In this document: one piece after another, positions 31,838 through 43,802 of the stretch
Position numbering within the stretch: position 1 is the first letter of the stretch
How the letters are laid out: the number at the start of each line of letters is the position of its first letter
Source: Candidatus Eiseniibacteriota bacterium
Lineage (GTDB): Bacteria > Eisenbacteria > RBG-16-71-46
Direction of reading: 5' to 3'
Assembly: GCA_038231135.1 (NCBI GenBank)
Contig: JBBRLX010000004.1
Span: forward strand, 64,001 to 128,000
DNA: 64,000 bases
Made by a program: the position numbers and the translations under genes
Notes under the pieces: generated by a model
Told to the model about the DNA's origin: nothing
The model's database searches: none
What the model saw: the letters and a program-made list of their open reading frames with translations, nothing else

Positions 31838-33397
31838 ATGCGACCTCTCCGGCAGTTCTTCCGCGCGTTGCACGGCACCGCCCTCTTATTGCTCATCGGT
31901 CTCGACGCCCACGCCGCCATGTTCTTCGTGGACGGAGCGAACCCCGCAAGTTCGGACAGCAATCCTGGAACGGCACACGCCCCCTACCGCACGATTTCTG
32001 CGGCGATCGCGGCACACAACGGGCCGGGTGTGACCATCCACGTCATGCCGGCCGCCTATAACGAGAGTGTCGCGAATCTCAGATCCGGCGATGCTACGAA
32101 TCCGTTCGTGCTCGAGGCCGACCGTAGTGGCGTCGTCAAGATCTTGAACCTCTACGTGTCCGGGAGGTCATGGATCGTCATCGATGGCCTCGCGGTCACC
32201 CGTGGTGCCTTCGTCGGGACGTCGCGTGGCGTGACGCTCTCGCACAACCGCATCGTGAACCTGGACTCGCTCACGATCGCCAACGGTCTTTACGTGACCC
32301 AGTGCGAGGAACTCAGCATCCTCTCGAACACGATCTCCGGCTGGTCCACCAACGCGATCGTGTTTCGCGACGTGAGCCATTCGGTCCTCGAAGGCAACGA
32401 GGTGTCTCACAACCTCAACGATGGCCTGGAGATGTTTTCGCTCGCCGGCTCGAGAGCGAACGTCATCCGTTACAATCAATTTTTCGGCAACGGGGGCACG
32501 GCGCTGGATGCTTCGTACGACTTCGACAACGTGGCGATCCAGAATGTGATGTACGCCAACAAGCACGGAATCCAGCACGTTCACTCGTCGAACTTCGTGC
32601 ACGTGGGCGATGTCGTGTGGGGCAACACCGACGACGGCATCTGGCTCAAGAATAGCGCCACGGGGATCGTGTTCGAGAACTGCATCATCGCCGACAACGG
32701 CGCGGGACGCTCGACTGCGTACAACATCCTGATGGACTCGACTTCGGCGTTTCCCGTATCGAACGACAACGTGTTCTCGTACGCGAAGACCGGTCGGTTC
32801 GTCAAAGCGGGTATCGGTTTTTACCCCACGCTGGCGGCCTGGACCTCCGTGACCGGTGGCGACACCCGCTCGGTCGCGAAGGATCCGGCATTCGTGGACG
32901 CATCGCACGGCGACTTTCATCTACGCGCGGGGTCGCCGGCGATCGATTGCGCGAACACCGGCGTCGCGGACTGGCCGGCGATGGACTCCGAGCACCGCGC
33001 CCCGCTCGACGATCCCGCCACCCCCAATACCGGTTTGGGACCGGTTTCCTACGCAGACCGCGGAGCATTCGAATACGTGCCCGCGACCCTCGCGGTGGAC
33101 GGGTTCCGCGGGCCTTCCGGTGCGGGGGTGGAGCTGGGGCCGGTCGCGCCGAATCCGATGCATCAATCGGGTCGCGTCGAATACACGGTGACGACCGCGA
33201 CCCGCGTCCGCCTGACGATCCTCGATCTGCAAGGACGCACCGTGGGTACGCTGATGGACCGCGAACAGTCACCTGGGCGTCATGCAGTGGACTGGGACGG
33301 CCGCGCCAACGGCCGCGCGATGAGCGCCGGTGTCTATTTTCTACGCATCACCGACGCGAACGGCGTCGCGACGCGGCGGTTCGCGCTGTTGGAATGA
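31838..33397 (+). CDS. Secreted parallel beta-helix protein (DUF1565-like N-terminus) with FlgD-Ig-like C-terminus
   Basis: SDSNPGTAHAPYRTISAA, DPAFVD..GDFHLRAGSPAID, DRGAFEY, PNP...WDGR...GVYFLR. Confidence 0.85.
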   Translation: MRPLRQFFRALHGTALLLLIGLDAHAAMFFVDGANPASSDSNPGTAHAPYRTISAAIAAHNGPGVTIHVMPAAYNESVANLRSGDATNPFVLEADRSGVVKILNLYVSGRSWIVIDGLAVTRGAFVGTSRGVTLSHNRIVNLDSLTIANGLYVTQCEELSILSNTISGWSTNAIVFRDVSHSVLEGNEVSHNLNDGLEMFSLAGSRANVIRYNQFFGNGGTALDASYDFDNVAIQNVMYANKHGIQHVHSSNFVHVGDVVWGNTDDGIWLKNSATGIVFENCIIADNGAGRSTAYNILMDSTSAFPVSNDNVFSYAKTGRFVKAGIGFYPTLAAWTSVTGGDTRSVAKDPAFVDASHGDFHLRAGSPAIDCANTGVADWPAMDSEHRAPLDDPATPNTGLGPVSYADRGAFEYVPATLAVDGFRGPSGAGVELGPVAPNPMHQSGRVEYTVTTATRVRLTILDLQGRTVGTLMDREQSPGRHAVDWDGRANGRAMSAGVYFLRITDANGVATRRFALLE

Positions 33398-33464
33398 CGG
33401 GGGCGGGCCAGGTCACTACGATCCAGCGATAGGACGCTACGACCCCGCGCGCAACAGGCTGACG

Positions 33465-34769
33465 TCAGACGCACTCCGCCACAAGCTTCCCGAGCCGCGC
33501 CATGCCCTCGGCGATCGAGCTCGGGGACGCGGCGCCGACCGAGAGCCGCATCCAGCCGTCTTCGCGGTCGAGACCGAATGCCTGGAACGGCACCACGGCG
33601 ACCCGGGCCTCATCGAGCAGCAGCCGGCGGATGTCCTCGTTCGTGTGGATCTCCCGGCCTCCCCACCGCCGTCCGAACAGGTCGAACTGCGCCGACAGAT
33701 AGAGCGTGCCTTCGGGAGCCACCGAGTCCACGGGCAGCCCGCGCTCCCGCAACGCCTCCAGCTCGCGGTGGAGCAGGACGAGGCGCTCGCGCAGCTTGCG
33801 CTGCATCTCGCTCCGGAACGCGGCGAAGCCGGGGGCGTCGTCGAGGAACGCGGCGGTCGCGATCTGCTCGGCCTTCGGAGCCCAGGCGCCGACGTGACCG
33901 AGAAAGTCCGACATCGCCTGCGTCACCACCGGTGCGGCGACCGACCAGCCCACGCGCAGACCGGTGGCGGCGAGCGATTTCGAGATCGCGTCCAGCATCA
34001 CGGTGTAGGGCGCCACTTCGGGAACCAACGCCGGCGGAGACAGCGGTCGCTCGCGTTCGAACTCCAGCGACCAGTAGACATGGTCGTACATCAGGAACAC
34101 CGGCCGCTCGCCGCGTTCGCGCCGACGAACGTTTTCGGCCACCAGGTCGCGAGCGATCTCTTCGAGCACCCCGGGTTCGATCGCGGTGCCGGTGGGATTG
34201 AGCGGCGTATTGAGCGCGAGCAGCCGGATATGGGGTAGCACCGACCGCACCTGGGCGGCGGTCGGATGGAACCGGGCTTCGCGCGAGACCTCGATCGGCA
34301 CGGCGCGCGCGCCCGTCAGGTAGCAGTAGTGGTTGTTGTTCCACGACGGCACCGGAAACGCCACCGCCTCGCCGGGGTCGACCAGCGCGCGATAGGTCGC
34401 ATAGATCAGCGGCCGGGCGCCGCCGGCGACCAGCACCGACTCGAGCGGGTATTCGAGCCCGAACTCCCGCGCGTAGAAGCGCACCACGGCCTGGCGCAGC
34501 TCGGGCACGCCATTCGACGGCGGATAATTGGTATGGCCCGCGCTGAGCGCGCGCTGAATCCCCTGGAGCAGCGAGGCGGGCGGGGAGAACTCGCGCGGAT
34601 CGAAGTCGCCGACGGTCAGATTGCACAGCGACTGGCCGGCGGCGATCAGGGCCCGCACTTCGGCGGCGATGCGCAACACCTCGGAACCGACCAGGCCCCG
34701 TGCCAGCGTCGAGAGCGCACCTGAATCGAGGTCGTTCAGCGTGGCAAGGTCGTTCGCGCGATCGGGCAT
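33465..34769 (-). CDS. PLP-dependent aminotransferase class I/II (AspC-like)
   Basis: TNYPPSNGVPELR, NPTG, DHVY, SKSLAATGLRVGW, WMRLS. Confidence 0.92.
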   Translation of the reverse strand: MPDRANDLATLNDLDSGALSTLARGLVGSEVLRIAAEVRALIAAGQSLCNLTVGDFDPREFSPPASLLQGIQRALSAGHTNYPPSNGVPELRQAVVRFYAREFGLEYPLESVLVAGGARPLIYATYRALVDPGEAVAFPVPSWNNNHYCYLTGARAVPIEVSREARFHPTAAQVRSVLPHIRLLALNTPLNPTGTAIEPGVLEEIARDLVAENVRRRERGERPVFLMYDHVYWSLEFERERPLSPPALVPEVAPYTVMLDAISKSLAATGLRVGWSVAAPVVTQAMSDFLGHVGAWAPKAEQIATAAFLDDAPGFAAFRSEMQRKLRERLVLLHRELEALRERGLPVDSVAPEGTLYLSAQFDLFGRRWGGREIHTNEDIRRLLLDEARVAVVPFQAFGLDREDGWMRLSVGAASPSSIAEGMARLGKLVAECV

Positions 34770-34977
34770 GTGAGTTCCTCGAATCGATGACGCCGCTCGG
34801 GATCACGAGTGGATGAGCGCGATCTTACCGCAAAGTGTGGCTCGCACGCTGTTGCGGCCACTGTGACCCGCGCCTCGGAATCCACATGAAGCGACCCCGC
34901 TGACCGCCACGCCCGCAACGAGATCCGGCCCTTGCGGCTTGCCCGATTGCCGCGTGCACCGTACCGTTCCCGCCGCC

Positions 34978-36006
34978 ATGACTCCCGAGCCGCCCGACCG
35001 CTTCGATCCCAACGCCACGGACGCGATGGCGCGCATGTTCGACGGCGTGTCGCCGCGCTACCGGTTGCTCAACCGCATTCTGTCGATGGGGCAGGACACC
35101 GCCTGGCGCAAGACGATGTGGGAGGCGGTGCCCGCGGATGCGCGCGTGGTGCTCGATCTGTGCACGGGCGACGGCTCCTCGCTGCCGGGATTGCGCCGTC
35201 CGGGGCGGCTCGTGGTCGGACTCGACGCCAGCTTCGGCATGCTCGAACAGGCGGAATCCGACCACGGCGGCGGGGGATGGGCGCCGCGGCTCGTATGCGG
35301 CGACGCATTCCGGCTGCCAATCCGCGATGCGGCGGTGGACGCGGTCACCATCGCGTTCGGCATCCGCAACCTGCGCCCGCAACCGGATGCGCTCGCCGAG
35401 CTGGCGCGCGTCATGCGGCCGGGAGCCACCCTGATCGTGCTCGAGGCGACGGCGCCGCCCACGGGTACGTTCGCGCCGCTCCATCGCTGCTATCTTACCT
35501 ATGTGGTGCCGCTGCTGGGCCGGCTGTCGCCGGACCCCACGGCGTACGAATACCTCGGCAAGTCCGTGCTCGAGTTCGGCGCGGGCACCGCGTTCACCGC
35601 GGCCGCCGAGCAGCGCGGCTTCACCTGGCGCTTCACCCGCCCGTTCCTGCTCGGTGCGACGCGGTTGTGGGTGGCACGAGCGCCGGACAATCGTTGGCAC
35701 GGGTCGGAACCGGATGTGCAGACTGCACGACTGGGCGATTCCGCGCGGGGCGAAATGCCCACGCAAACTCCGGCCGGGGCCACCGAACAGCGAATCTGGG
35801 ATGGCGTCCAGGCGGCGTTGTCGATCGCGCTTGCGGTGGCCCTCGCCGTGGCACTGCGCATGGTGTTCAACCCCGCCCTCGATATCCCGTTACGGGGCCC
35901 GAACCGGGGCCTGCTGATCGTGCTCACCGCGGGTGGCATTGCGGTATTCGGCACCCGCGGGCTGTGGTTCCTGATGCGAGCCCTGCGTTCCAGGCCCCGC
36001 GTTTAG
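34978..36006 (+). CDS. UbiE/MenG-family methyltransferase with a C-terminal two-TM extension
   Basis: MFDGVSPRY..LNRILSMGQD..WR, VLDLCTGDG, TIAFGIRN, AYEYL..S; two hydrophobic segments at the C-terminus. Confidence 0.85.
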   Translation: MTPEPPDRFDPNATDAMARMFDGVSPRYRLLNRILSMGQDTAWRKTMWEAVPADARVVLDLCTGDGSSLPGLRRPGRLVVGLDASFGMLEQAESDHGGGGWAPRLVCGDAFRLPIRDAAVDAVTIAFGIRNLRPQPDALAELARVMRPGATLIVLEATAPPTGTFAPLHRCYLTYVVPLLGRLSPDPTAYEYLGKSVLEFGAGTAFTAAAEQRGFTWRFTRPFLLGATRLWVARAPDNRWHGSEPDVQTARLGDSARGEMPTQTPAGATEQRIWDGVQAALSIALAVALAVALRMVFNPALDIPLRGPNRGLLIVLTAGGIAVFGTRGLWFLMRALRSRPRV

Positions 36007-36020
36007 CCATTTCCCCCACA

Positions 36021-36035
36021 TGGCACAGGGGTTGC
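36021..36035 (+). promoter_or_regulatory. sigma54 (-24/-12) promoter
   Basis: TGGCAC-AGGGG-TTGC matches the consensus; 66 nt upstream of the GGDEF gene. Confidence 0.7.
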
Positions 36036-36101
36036 GTTGTTTCTTGCGCCACCCGGCCCATCGCGGGCTCACCGGCGCCACTCCTTTCAGGAACCCATGT
36101 C

Positions 36102-37106
36102 ATGACGGCTCGGGATCGATCGTTCGACGGCCTGCTGGATCTGTTCGACCGGCCAGTCGCGTCGCGCGCGGAAGTGATCGAAAAGGCGCTGCGTTGCGCC
36201 CTGCAGATCTCGGACGCCGACGGCGCCGTGGCATTGGTCGCGAACAACCGCGCGCTCGAGCGTTCGTGGTTGCGGACCGATGGCTCGCCACTCGAGACCT
36301 CGGCGGTGGGGCGGCCCGCGAGCGAGTTCGGACGCATGCTGCTCAAGGCGCTGCACCCCATCCAGCTCGCCGACACCCACGACGGTCGCTCGGGAGCGCA
36401 GGATTGCTGCCCCGGCGTCGAGTCCGGACCGGCGTTGTTCGCCCCGCTCCGCCACAAGCAGCAGGCCGGCGGCTACCTGGCGGTCTACCGCACGCGCGGA
36501 TCGGAGCCGCTGAGCGTGGAGCAGGTGAAGCTGGTCACATTCCTCGGCGCCTGGCTCACGCTGGCGCTCGAGAACGTGCGGCTCGCGGAGAGCGTCGAGC
36601 GTCTCGCGGTGACCGACGACCTCACGCAGGTCTTCAACTATCGATTCCTCAAGAGCGCGCTCAAGCGCGAGATCAAGCGCGCGGGCCGGTTCGAACAGCA
36701 GTTGTCGATCGTGATGATCGACGTGGACAATCTCAAGGGCTACAACGATCGCAACGGCCACATGCGGGGCAGCCTGCTGCTGCGCGAGATCGCCGGGCTG
36801 TTCGCCCAGCAGGTACGGTCGTGGGACCTGGTCGCCAAGTACGGCGGCGACGAGTTCACACTGATCCTGCCGCAGACGGGACGCGAGGGCGCCATGGTCG
36901 CGGCCGAGCGCATGCGCGCCGCCGTCGCCGGGCACACGTTTCCGCTGGCACCGCCCGGCAGCATCACGATCAGCCTCGGCGTCGCGGTGTTCCCGGTGGA
37001 CGCCACCGATTCGCTCAGCCTGATCCGCGCGTCCGATGTGGCGCTCTACGAAGCCAAGCGCAACGGCCGGAATCGCGTGGAGAGCTTCCTGGAGCGCGCG
37101 GCATGA
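36102..37106 (+). CDS. GAF-sensor diguanylate cyclase
   Basis: TDDLTQVFN, DVDNLKGYNDRNGH, RSWD I-site, GGDEF, LYEAKRNGRNR. Confidence 0.93.
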   Translation: MTARDRSFDGLLDLFDRPVASRAEVIEKALRCALQISDADGAVALVANNRALERSWLRTDGSPLETSAVGRPASEFGRMLLKALHPIQLADTHDGRSGAQDCCPGVESGPALFAPLRHKQQAGGYLAVYRTRGSEPLSVEQVKLVTFLGAWLTLALENVRLAESVERLAVTDDLTQVFNYRFLKSALKREIKRAGRFEQQLSIVMIDVDNLKGYNDRNGHMRGSLLLREIAGLFAQQVRSWDLVAKYGGDEFTLILPQTGREGAMVAAERMRAAVAGHTFPLAPPGSITISLGVAVFPVDATDSLSLIRASDVALYEAKRNGRNRVESFLERAA

Positions 37107-37210
37107 CGCGAGCGATCCTGCGCCCACGGCGTCGTTCGCCAGGCCGGGACACGGCCCGCAGACGCCGCGAGCGCACGTCCGTACGGGTCCTGCCGCGCGC
37201 TGAGCGCGCG

Positions 37211-37238
37211 TTGACCCTGCATTCGAGCCGCTGATAAT
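37211..37238 (+). promoter_or_regulatory. sigma70 promoter candidate for the sugar genes
   Basis: TTGACC, 16 nt, GATAAT. Confidence 0.5.
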
Positions 37239-37307
37239 GTTCCGCATCCCCCGGATGCGGCATCACGCTTCCGGGGGCATCCAGTTTCACGGCAGGGGGA
37301 GGAGTTC

Positions 37308-38345
37308 GTGACCGATCGGATCGGCATCGCGGTGGTGGGCACCGGCGACTGGGGCGCCAATCTCGTGCGCAACTACGCCTCGCTGCCCGGCGCCCGGCTG
37401 GTCGCCCTGTGCGACACCGATGCCAAACGGCTCGCCGCGGCGGCCGCGAAGGCCCCCGGCGCCCGCACCTATGCCGAGCTGGATCAGGTGGCGGATGACA
37501 AGGAGGTCCAGGCCGTCGTGGTGTCGGCGTCGGCGGTGAGCCATTACCCGATCGCGCGCCGGCTGCTCGAGGCGGGCAAGGACGTGTACGTCGAGAAGCC
37601 GCTCACGCTGCAGGTGGACCACGCCGAGGAGTTGGTCGCGCTCGCGCTGAAGACCCAGCGCATCCTGATGGTCGGGCACCTGCTGCTGTTCCACCCGGGC
37701 GTGCGCTACCTCAAGACCATGGTCGAGAGCGGAGCGCTCGGCGACCTCTACTACATCTATTCGCAGCGCGTGAACCTGGGCAAGGTCCGCCAGGACGAGA
37801 ATGCGCTGTGGAGCTTTGCGCCGCACGACCTGTCGGTGATCCTGCACCTGCTCGACATGGAGCCCATCGACGTGGTGGCGCGCGGCTCGGGATTCCTCCA
37901 GAAGTCGATCGAGGACGTGGTGTTCGTGGATCTGCGGTTCCCCGGCGGCAAGCTGGCGCACGTTCACGTGTCGTGGCTCGACCCGCACAAGCTGCGTAAG
38001 TTCACGGTCGTCGGCAGCCGCAAAATGGTGGTGTTCGACGACATGGAAGCCAGTGAGAAGATCCGCGTCTACGACAAGGGCGTCGACAAGGGCGGCCAGG
38101 TGGTGTCGTACGGCGAATCGCTCACGGTGCGCAGCGGCGACATCCTGATCCCGCAGCTGTCGCTGCAGGAGCCGCTGCGGCTCGAATGCCAGCACTTCGT
38201 GGATTGCGTGCGTGATCGCAAGACCCCGCTCACCGACGGCCAGGACGGCCTGCGCGTGGTCAAGGTGCTCGCGGCGGCGCAGGCGTCGCTCGAGGCCGGG
38301 GGCGCGCCGATGCCCGTCGCGGCCGTGAAGGCGGGGGTCGCGTGA
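37308..38345 (+). CDS. Gfo/Idh/MocA oxidoreductase (WlbA/WbpB-like sugar 3-dehydrogenase)
   Basis: VVGTGDWG, VEKPL, GHLLLFHP, WSFAPHD, SWLDPHK. Confidence 0.88.
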   Translation: MTDRIGIAVVGTGDWGANLVRNYASLPGARLVALCDTDAKRLAAAAAKAPGARTYAELDQVADDKEVQAVVVSASAVSHYPIARRLLEAGKDVYVEKPLTLQVDHAEELVALALKTQRILMVGHLLLFHPGVRYLKTMVESGALGDLYYIYSQRVNLGKVRQDENALWSFAPHDLSVILHLLDMEPIDVVARGSGFLQKSIEDVVFVDLRFPGGKLAHVHVSWLDPHKLRKFTVVGSRKMVVFDDMEASEKIRVYDKGVDKGGQVVSYGESLTVRSGDILIPQLSLQEPLRLECQHFVDCVRDRKTPLTDGQDGLRVVKVLAAAQASLEAGGAPMPVAAVKAGVA

Positions 38346-39109
38346 GCCCGGTGGACACTGCCATGCACCCCAGCGCCACGGTGGGCGCCCAGACCACGTT
38401 CGGCGAGCACTGCGTCGTCGGCGCCGACGTCACGATCGGCTCCGGCTGCGTGATCGGCCACCACGTCGTGATCCACGCAGGGACGCGCATCGGCAACGAC
38501 GTGCGGATCGACGACCACGCGAACCTGGGCAAGCTGCCGATGAAGGCGGCCAATTCCGCGACCACGAAGGACCAGGAGCTGCCGCCGCTCGTCGTGGGCG
38601 ACACCTGCATCGTCGGGACCGGCGTGGTGCTCTACCGCGGCGCCGTCATCGACGCCCGGGTGCTGATGGCCGACCTGTCGACGATCCGCGAGAACGTGAC
38701 CGTCGGCCGCGGCACGATCGTCGGCCGCGGCGTAACGGTCGAGAACTTCTGCAGCGTCGGGCGCTACTGCAAGCTCGAGAGCGAGTGCTACATCACGGCA
38801 TATTCCACGCTCGAGGATCGCGTGTTCATCGCGCCCGGCGTGGTGACGTCGAACGACAACTACGTGGGCCGCACCGCCGAGCGGTTCAAGCACTTCAAAG
38901 GTGTGACGGTGCGCCGCGGCGGCCGGATCGGCGCGGGCTCGGTGATCCTGCCCGGCGTCACGATCGGCGAGGACGGCCTCGTGGCCGCGGGCTCGGTGGT
39001 GACGCGCGACGTGGCGCCGCGTACCATCGTCATGGGCTCGCCCGCGAAGAAGTGGCGCGACGTGCCGGTCGAACAGTGGCTCGAGAACCAGGGCTGGACG
39101 GATTCCTGA
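38342..39109 (+). CDS. Hexapeptide-repeat N-acetyltransferase (WlbB/WbpD-like)
   Basis: Left-handed beta-helix repeats, VFIAPGVVTSND, AAGSVVTRDV...GSPAK. Confidence 0.88.
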   Translation: MSPVDTAMHPSATVGAQTTFGEHCVVGADVTIGSGCVIGHHVVIHAGTRIGNDVRIDDHANLGKLPMKAANSATTKDQELPPLVVGDTCIVGTGVVLYRGAVIDARVLMADLSTIRENVTVGRGTIVGRGVTVENFCSVGRYCKLESECYITAYSTLEDRVFIAPGVVTSNDNYVGRTAERFKHFKGVTVRRGGRIGAGSVILPGVTIGEDGLVAAGSVVTRDVAPRTIVMGSPAKKWRDVPVEQWLENQGWTDS

Positions 39110-39122
39110 TCCGGGAGGGGTG

Positions 39123-40244
39123 ATGGTGACGAAGACGATGATGACGGTGCCGTTGCTGGACCTCAAGGCCCAGTACGCCACGATCAAGACCGAGATCGAC
39201 GCCGCCGTCCAGGGCGTGATGGAGAGCTGCCGGTTCATCGGCGGTCCCGAAGTCACGTCGCTGGAGGAGGAGGTGGCGCGCTACTCGCAGAGCCCGTACG
39301 GCATCGCGTGCGCGTCCGGCACCGACGCGCTGCTGCTCGCGCTCAAGGCGCTCGATGTCGGCCCCGGCGACGAGGTGATCACCACCGCGTACTCGTTCTT
39401 TGCCAGCGCCGGCACGATCGTCAACGCCGGCGGCACGCCGGTGTTCGTCGACATCGACCCCCGCACCTACAACATCGACCCGCACGCGCTCGAGGCCGCG
39501 GTCACACCGCGCACCCGCGCCGTGGTGCCGGTGCACCTCTACGGCCAGTGCTGCGACATCGCCACGGTCAAGGCGGTGTGCGAGAAGCACCAGTTGTGGC
39601 TGATCGAGGACGCGGCGCAGGCGATCGGGTCGGAGTGGGAGGGCAGGCGGGCGGGCGCCTATGGCGACTTCGGCTGCTTCTCGTTCTTCCCGTCCAAGAA
39701 CCTCGGCGGCGCGGGCGACGGCGGCATGATGACCGCGCACAGCCACGAGCTCGCCGACAAGGCCCGGCTGCTGCGCGAACACGGCGCGCGGCCCAAGTAC
39801 TACCACGCGATCGTCGGCACCAACTCGCGGCTCGACGCGCTGCAGGCCGCCATCCTCAGGGTCAAGCTGCGCCATCTCGACCGCTGGAGCGAACAGCGCG
39901 CGAAGAACGCCGAGCTGTATGACAGCCTGTTCGAAGGCTCGCGCGTCGGTCGCCCGTGGCGCGATCCGCGCGGCCGCCATATCTACAACCAGTACGTCAT
40001 TCGGGTGCCCGACCGGGACGGCCTCAAGACGTTCCTGGCGGAGCGCGGCATCGGCACCGAGGTCTATTACCCGGTGCCGCTGCACCTGCAACAGTGTTTC
40101 AGCTCGCTCGGCTACAAGCCGGGCGACATGCCCAACTCCGAAGCCGCAGCTCACGAGACGCTCGCGCTGCCGATCTATCCCGAACTGGGCGACGAGCGCA
40201 TCCGTTACGTGGCGGCCACGGTACGGGAGTTCGTAGAACGATGA
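39123..40244 (+). CDS. DegT/DnrJ/EryC1/StrS aminotransferase (WlbC/WbpE-like)
   Basis: SGTDAL, PVHLYGQ, IEDAAQA, SFFPSKNLG..GDGG, NSRLDALQAA; start position uncertain. Confidence 0.93.
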   Translation: MVTKTMMTVPLLDLKAQYATIKTEIDAAVQGVMESCRFIGGPEVTSLEEEVARYSQSPYGIACASGTDALLLALKALDVGPGDEVITTAYSFFASAGTIVNAGGTPVFVDIDPRTYNIDPHALEAAVTPRTRAVVPVHLYGQCCDIATVKAVCEKHQLWLIEDAAQAIGSEWEGRRAGAYGDFGCFSFFPSKNLGGAGDGGMMTAHSHELADKARLLREHGARPKYYHAIVGTNSRLDALQAAILRVKLRHLDRWSEQRAKNAELYDSLFEGSRVGRPWRDPRGRHIYNQYVIRVPDRDGLKTFLAERGIGTEVYYPVPLHLQQCFSSLGYKPGDMPNSEAAAHETLALPIYPELGDERIRYVAATVREFVER

Positions 40245-40386
40245 TGGCATCGCCGGAGCGGGCCTGCGAGGCCGCCCCGGCAACGTCCCGTCGCGCCGCC
40301 TCACCGCCCTGAGGCGCGCGCCGGTTCGCCTGCAGCAGGACACCGCCGGCAGCCCCACTGCGCGAGTGTCGGGTAACTCATTGAAC

Positions 40387-42329
40387 ATGGACGTCACGCA
40401 GCGCGAGTCTCTGCGCGAGCTGTTGCGCCGGGTGGACGAAGTGCGCGGTTTGTCGGAGCGGGCGGAGACGGCGTCGACCGTCGACCCCGACGACGACAAC
40501 GCGCTGCTCGCCATCATGCGCGAGCTGGTTCAGGAGCTGGAGCGCAGTCACCGGCGCCTGATTGAAACCAACGTGCAGCTGGTATCGCTGCGCGAGGTGG
40601 CGAGCTCGATGGTCGGCACGCTCGAAGTGGGCGAGACCACGCGGCTCGTGACCCGCTACCTGTGCCGCGCGTTCGGCTTCGAGGAAGGCTTCCTGCTCCT
40701 GATCAACCGGGAGACGGGCAAGCTCGAGGGCACCTGGACTCGGCTCGAGAACGGCCGCGAACAGAGCTGGCCGCTCGAGCTGCCGATGATCGGCGAGTCC
40801 GGCACCCTGGCGCGCTCGCTGTGGCTGAACCGCACCGTGGTGCACCACGCCGCCCAGCGCCACCGGCCGGCGCTGTTGCCGGCGGGACATCCGCTCGAGG
40901 ACGCGCTCGACCAGCTCGCATCGACGGCATGTGTGCCACTGCAGCGCAGCCAGTCCGTGCAGGCGCCGGCGGACGCCCGGTCCACGTGCGGCGCGCGCTG
41001 CGTGCTCGGGGACCCGGCGATCCTCGTGCCACCGCCCGGCGAGGCCGCGGACCGCTGGACCTACGATCTCGAAGAACGCCAGCGTGACTGCCTCGCCTGC
41101 GACCGCATGCCGCTGCTCGGCGTGATCGGCATGGCGCGCCGGCGCGGGGCGGAGGTGCTCGGGCCGTCGGATGTGATGCTGCTCGAGTCGATCGCGTTGT
41201 CGGTGGCGCCGATGATCGAGAACGCTCGGCTGTACCAGGACCTGCGCCGCAGTGAACGCTTTCGCAATCACGTGCTCGACAGCATGGCGAGTGCGCTGGT
41301 CGCGGTGAACATGGACGGCGAGATCCTGACATTCAACCGCGCGGCCGCGGAGCTGCTCGGCTTCGAGGAGGCCGAGGTGCTCGGCCAGCCGTTCGGCGCG
41401 CTGCTCGGGCCCGACGGTGAAGCGGTGCTGCGCGACACGCTCGGCCACGCGCACGAGGCGCTGCGGGTCGAGACCATGCTGCGCGCCCGCGACGGCACGC
41501 CGCTGCCGGTCAGTCTCACGACATCGCTGCTGCGCAACGACCGCCGCTCGATCTACGGCGCGATCGCGACGTTCGTCGACCTCACGCCGCTCAAGCGGGC
41601 GGAGGAGCACGCGCGCCAGCTCGACCGGCTCGCCGCACTCGGCCGGTTCACGTCGAGCGTCGCCCACGAGATCCGCAACCCGCTCACCGGCATCGGCGCC
41701 GGCGTGCAGTACCTCGCGCGCTCGATCCCGACCGGCGACGCGCAGCACGAGAACCTTCAGTTCATCCTGAGCGAGATCAAGCGGCTCGATCGCATCGTGC
41801 AGGAGCTGTTCGACGTCACCCACCCACGGCGGCTGGCGCTGCGGGCGGCTCCGCTGGAAGACACGTTGCGCCGTGCGATGCAGTGCGTCGAGGCGCTGTT
41901 CGCCCAGCGCGGCGTCCGGTGGGCCATCGAGGTGGCGCCGCACATGCCGCCGGTGAACCACGATCAGGATCAAATGCAGCAGGTGTTCATCAACCTGCTC
42001 AAGAACGCCGCCGAGGCTTCGGCGGCGGGCACCCAGGTCACCGCGTCGATCACCACGCTGCCGAAGCCGGTGGTCGCCGGCACCCCGCGCGGCGGCGGTC
42101 CGACGATCGCGGTGCACGTCGACGACCAGGGCTCCGGCATCGAGCCCGAAGTACTGAAGACCATTTTCGAGCCGTTCTTCACCACGAAACAGGGTGGGAC
42201 CGGCCTTGGGTTGTACATCACACACGACATCGTGAAGCGCCACAGCGGCAGTCTCACGGTCAACAGCGCACTCGCACGCGGCACCCGCTTCACGGTGGAG
42301 CTGCCGGTCGAGGGCAACGGAGGACAATC

Positions 42330-42333
<4 letters not shown>
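40387..42333 (+). CDS. Sensor histidine kinase, GAF (Cys-rich insert)-PAS-HisKA-HATPase
   Basis: ENARLY, PAS segment FNRAAAELLG, AHEIRNPL, QVFINLLKNA, FFTTKQGGTGLGL. Confidence 0.93.
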
Positions 42334-43766
<1,433 letters not shown>

Positions 43767-43802
43767 GCGGGTGTTGGTGATCCTGCAATCCCAGAGGTAC
43801 CC

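Noticed and set aside
40241..40312. Short ORF overlapping the DegT stop
   Set aside because: 23 low-complexity codons, not coupled to the next gene, no supporting features.
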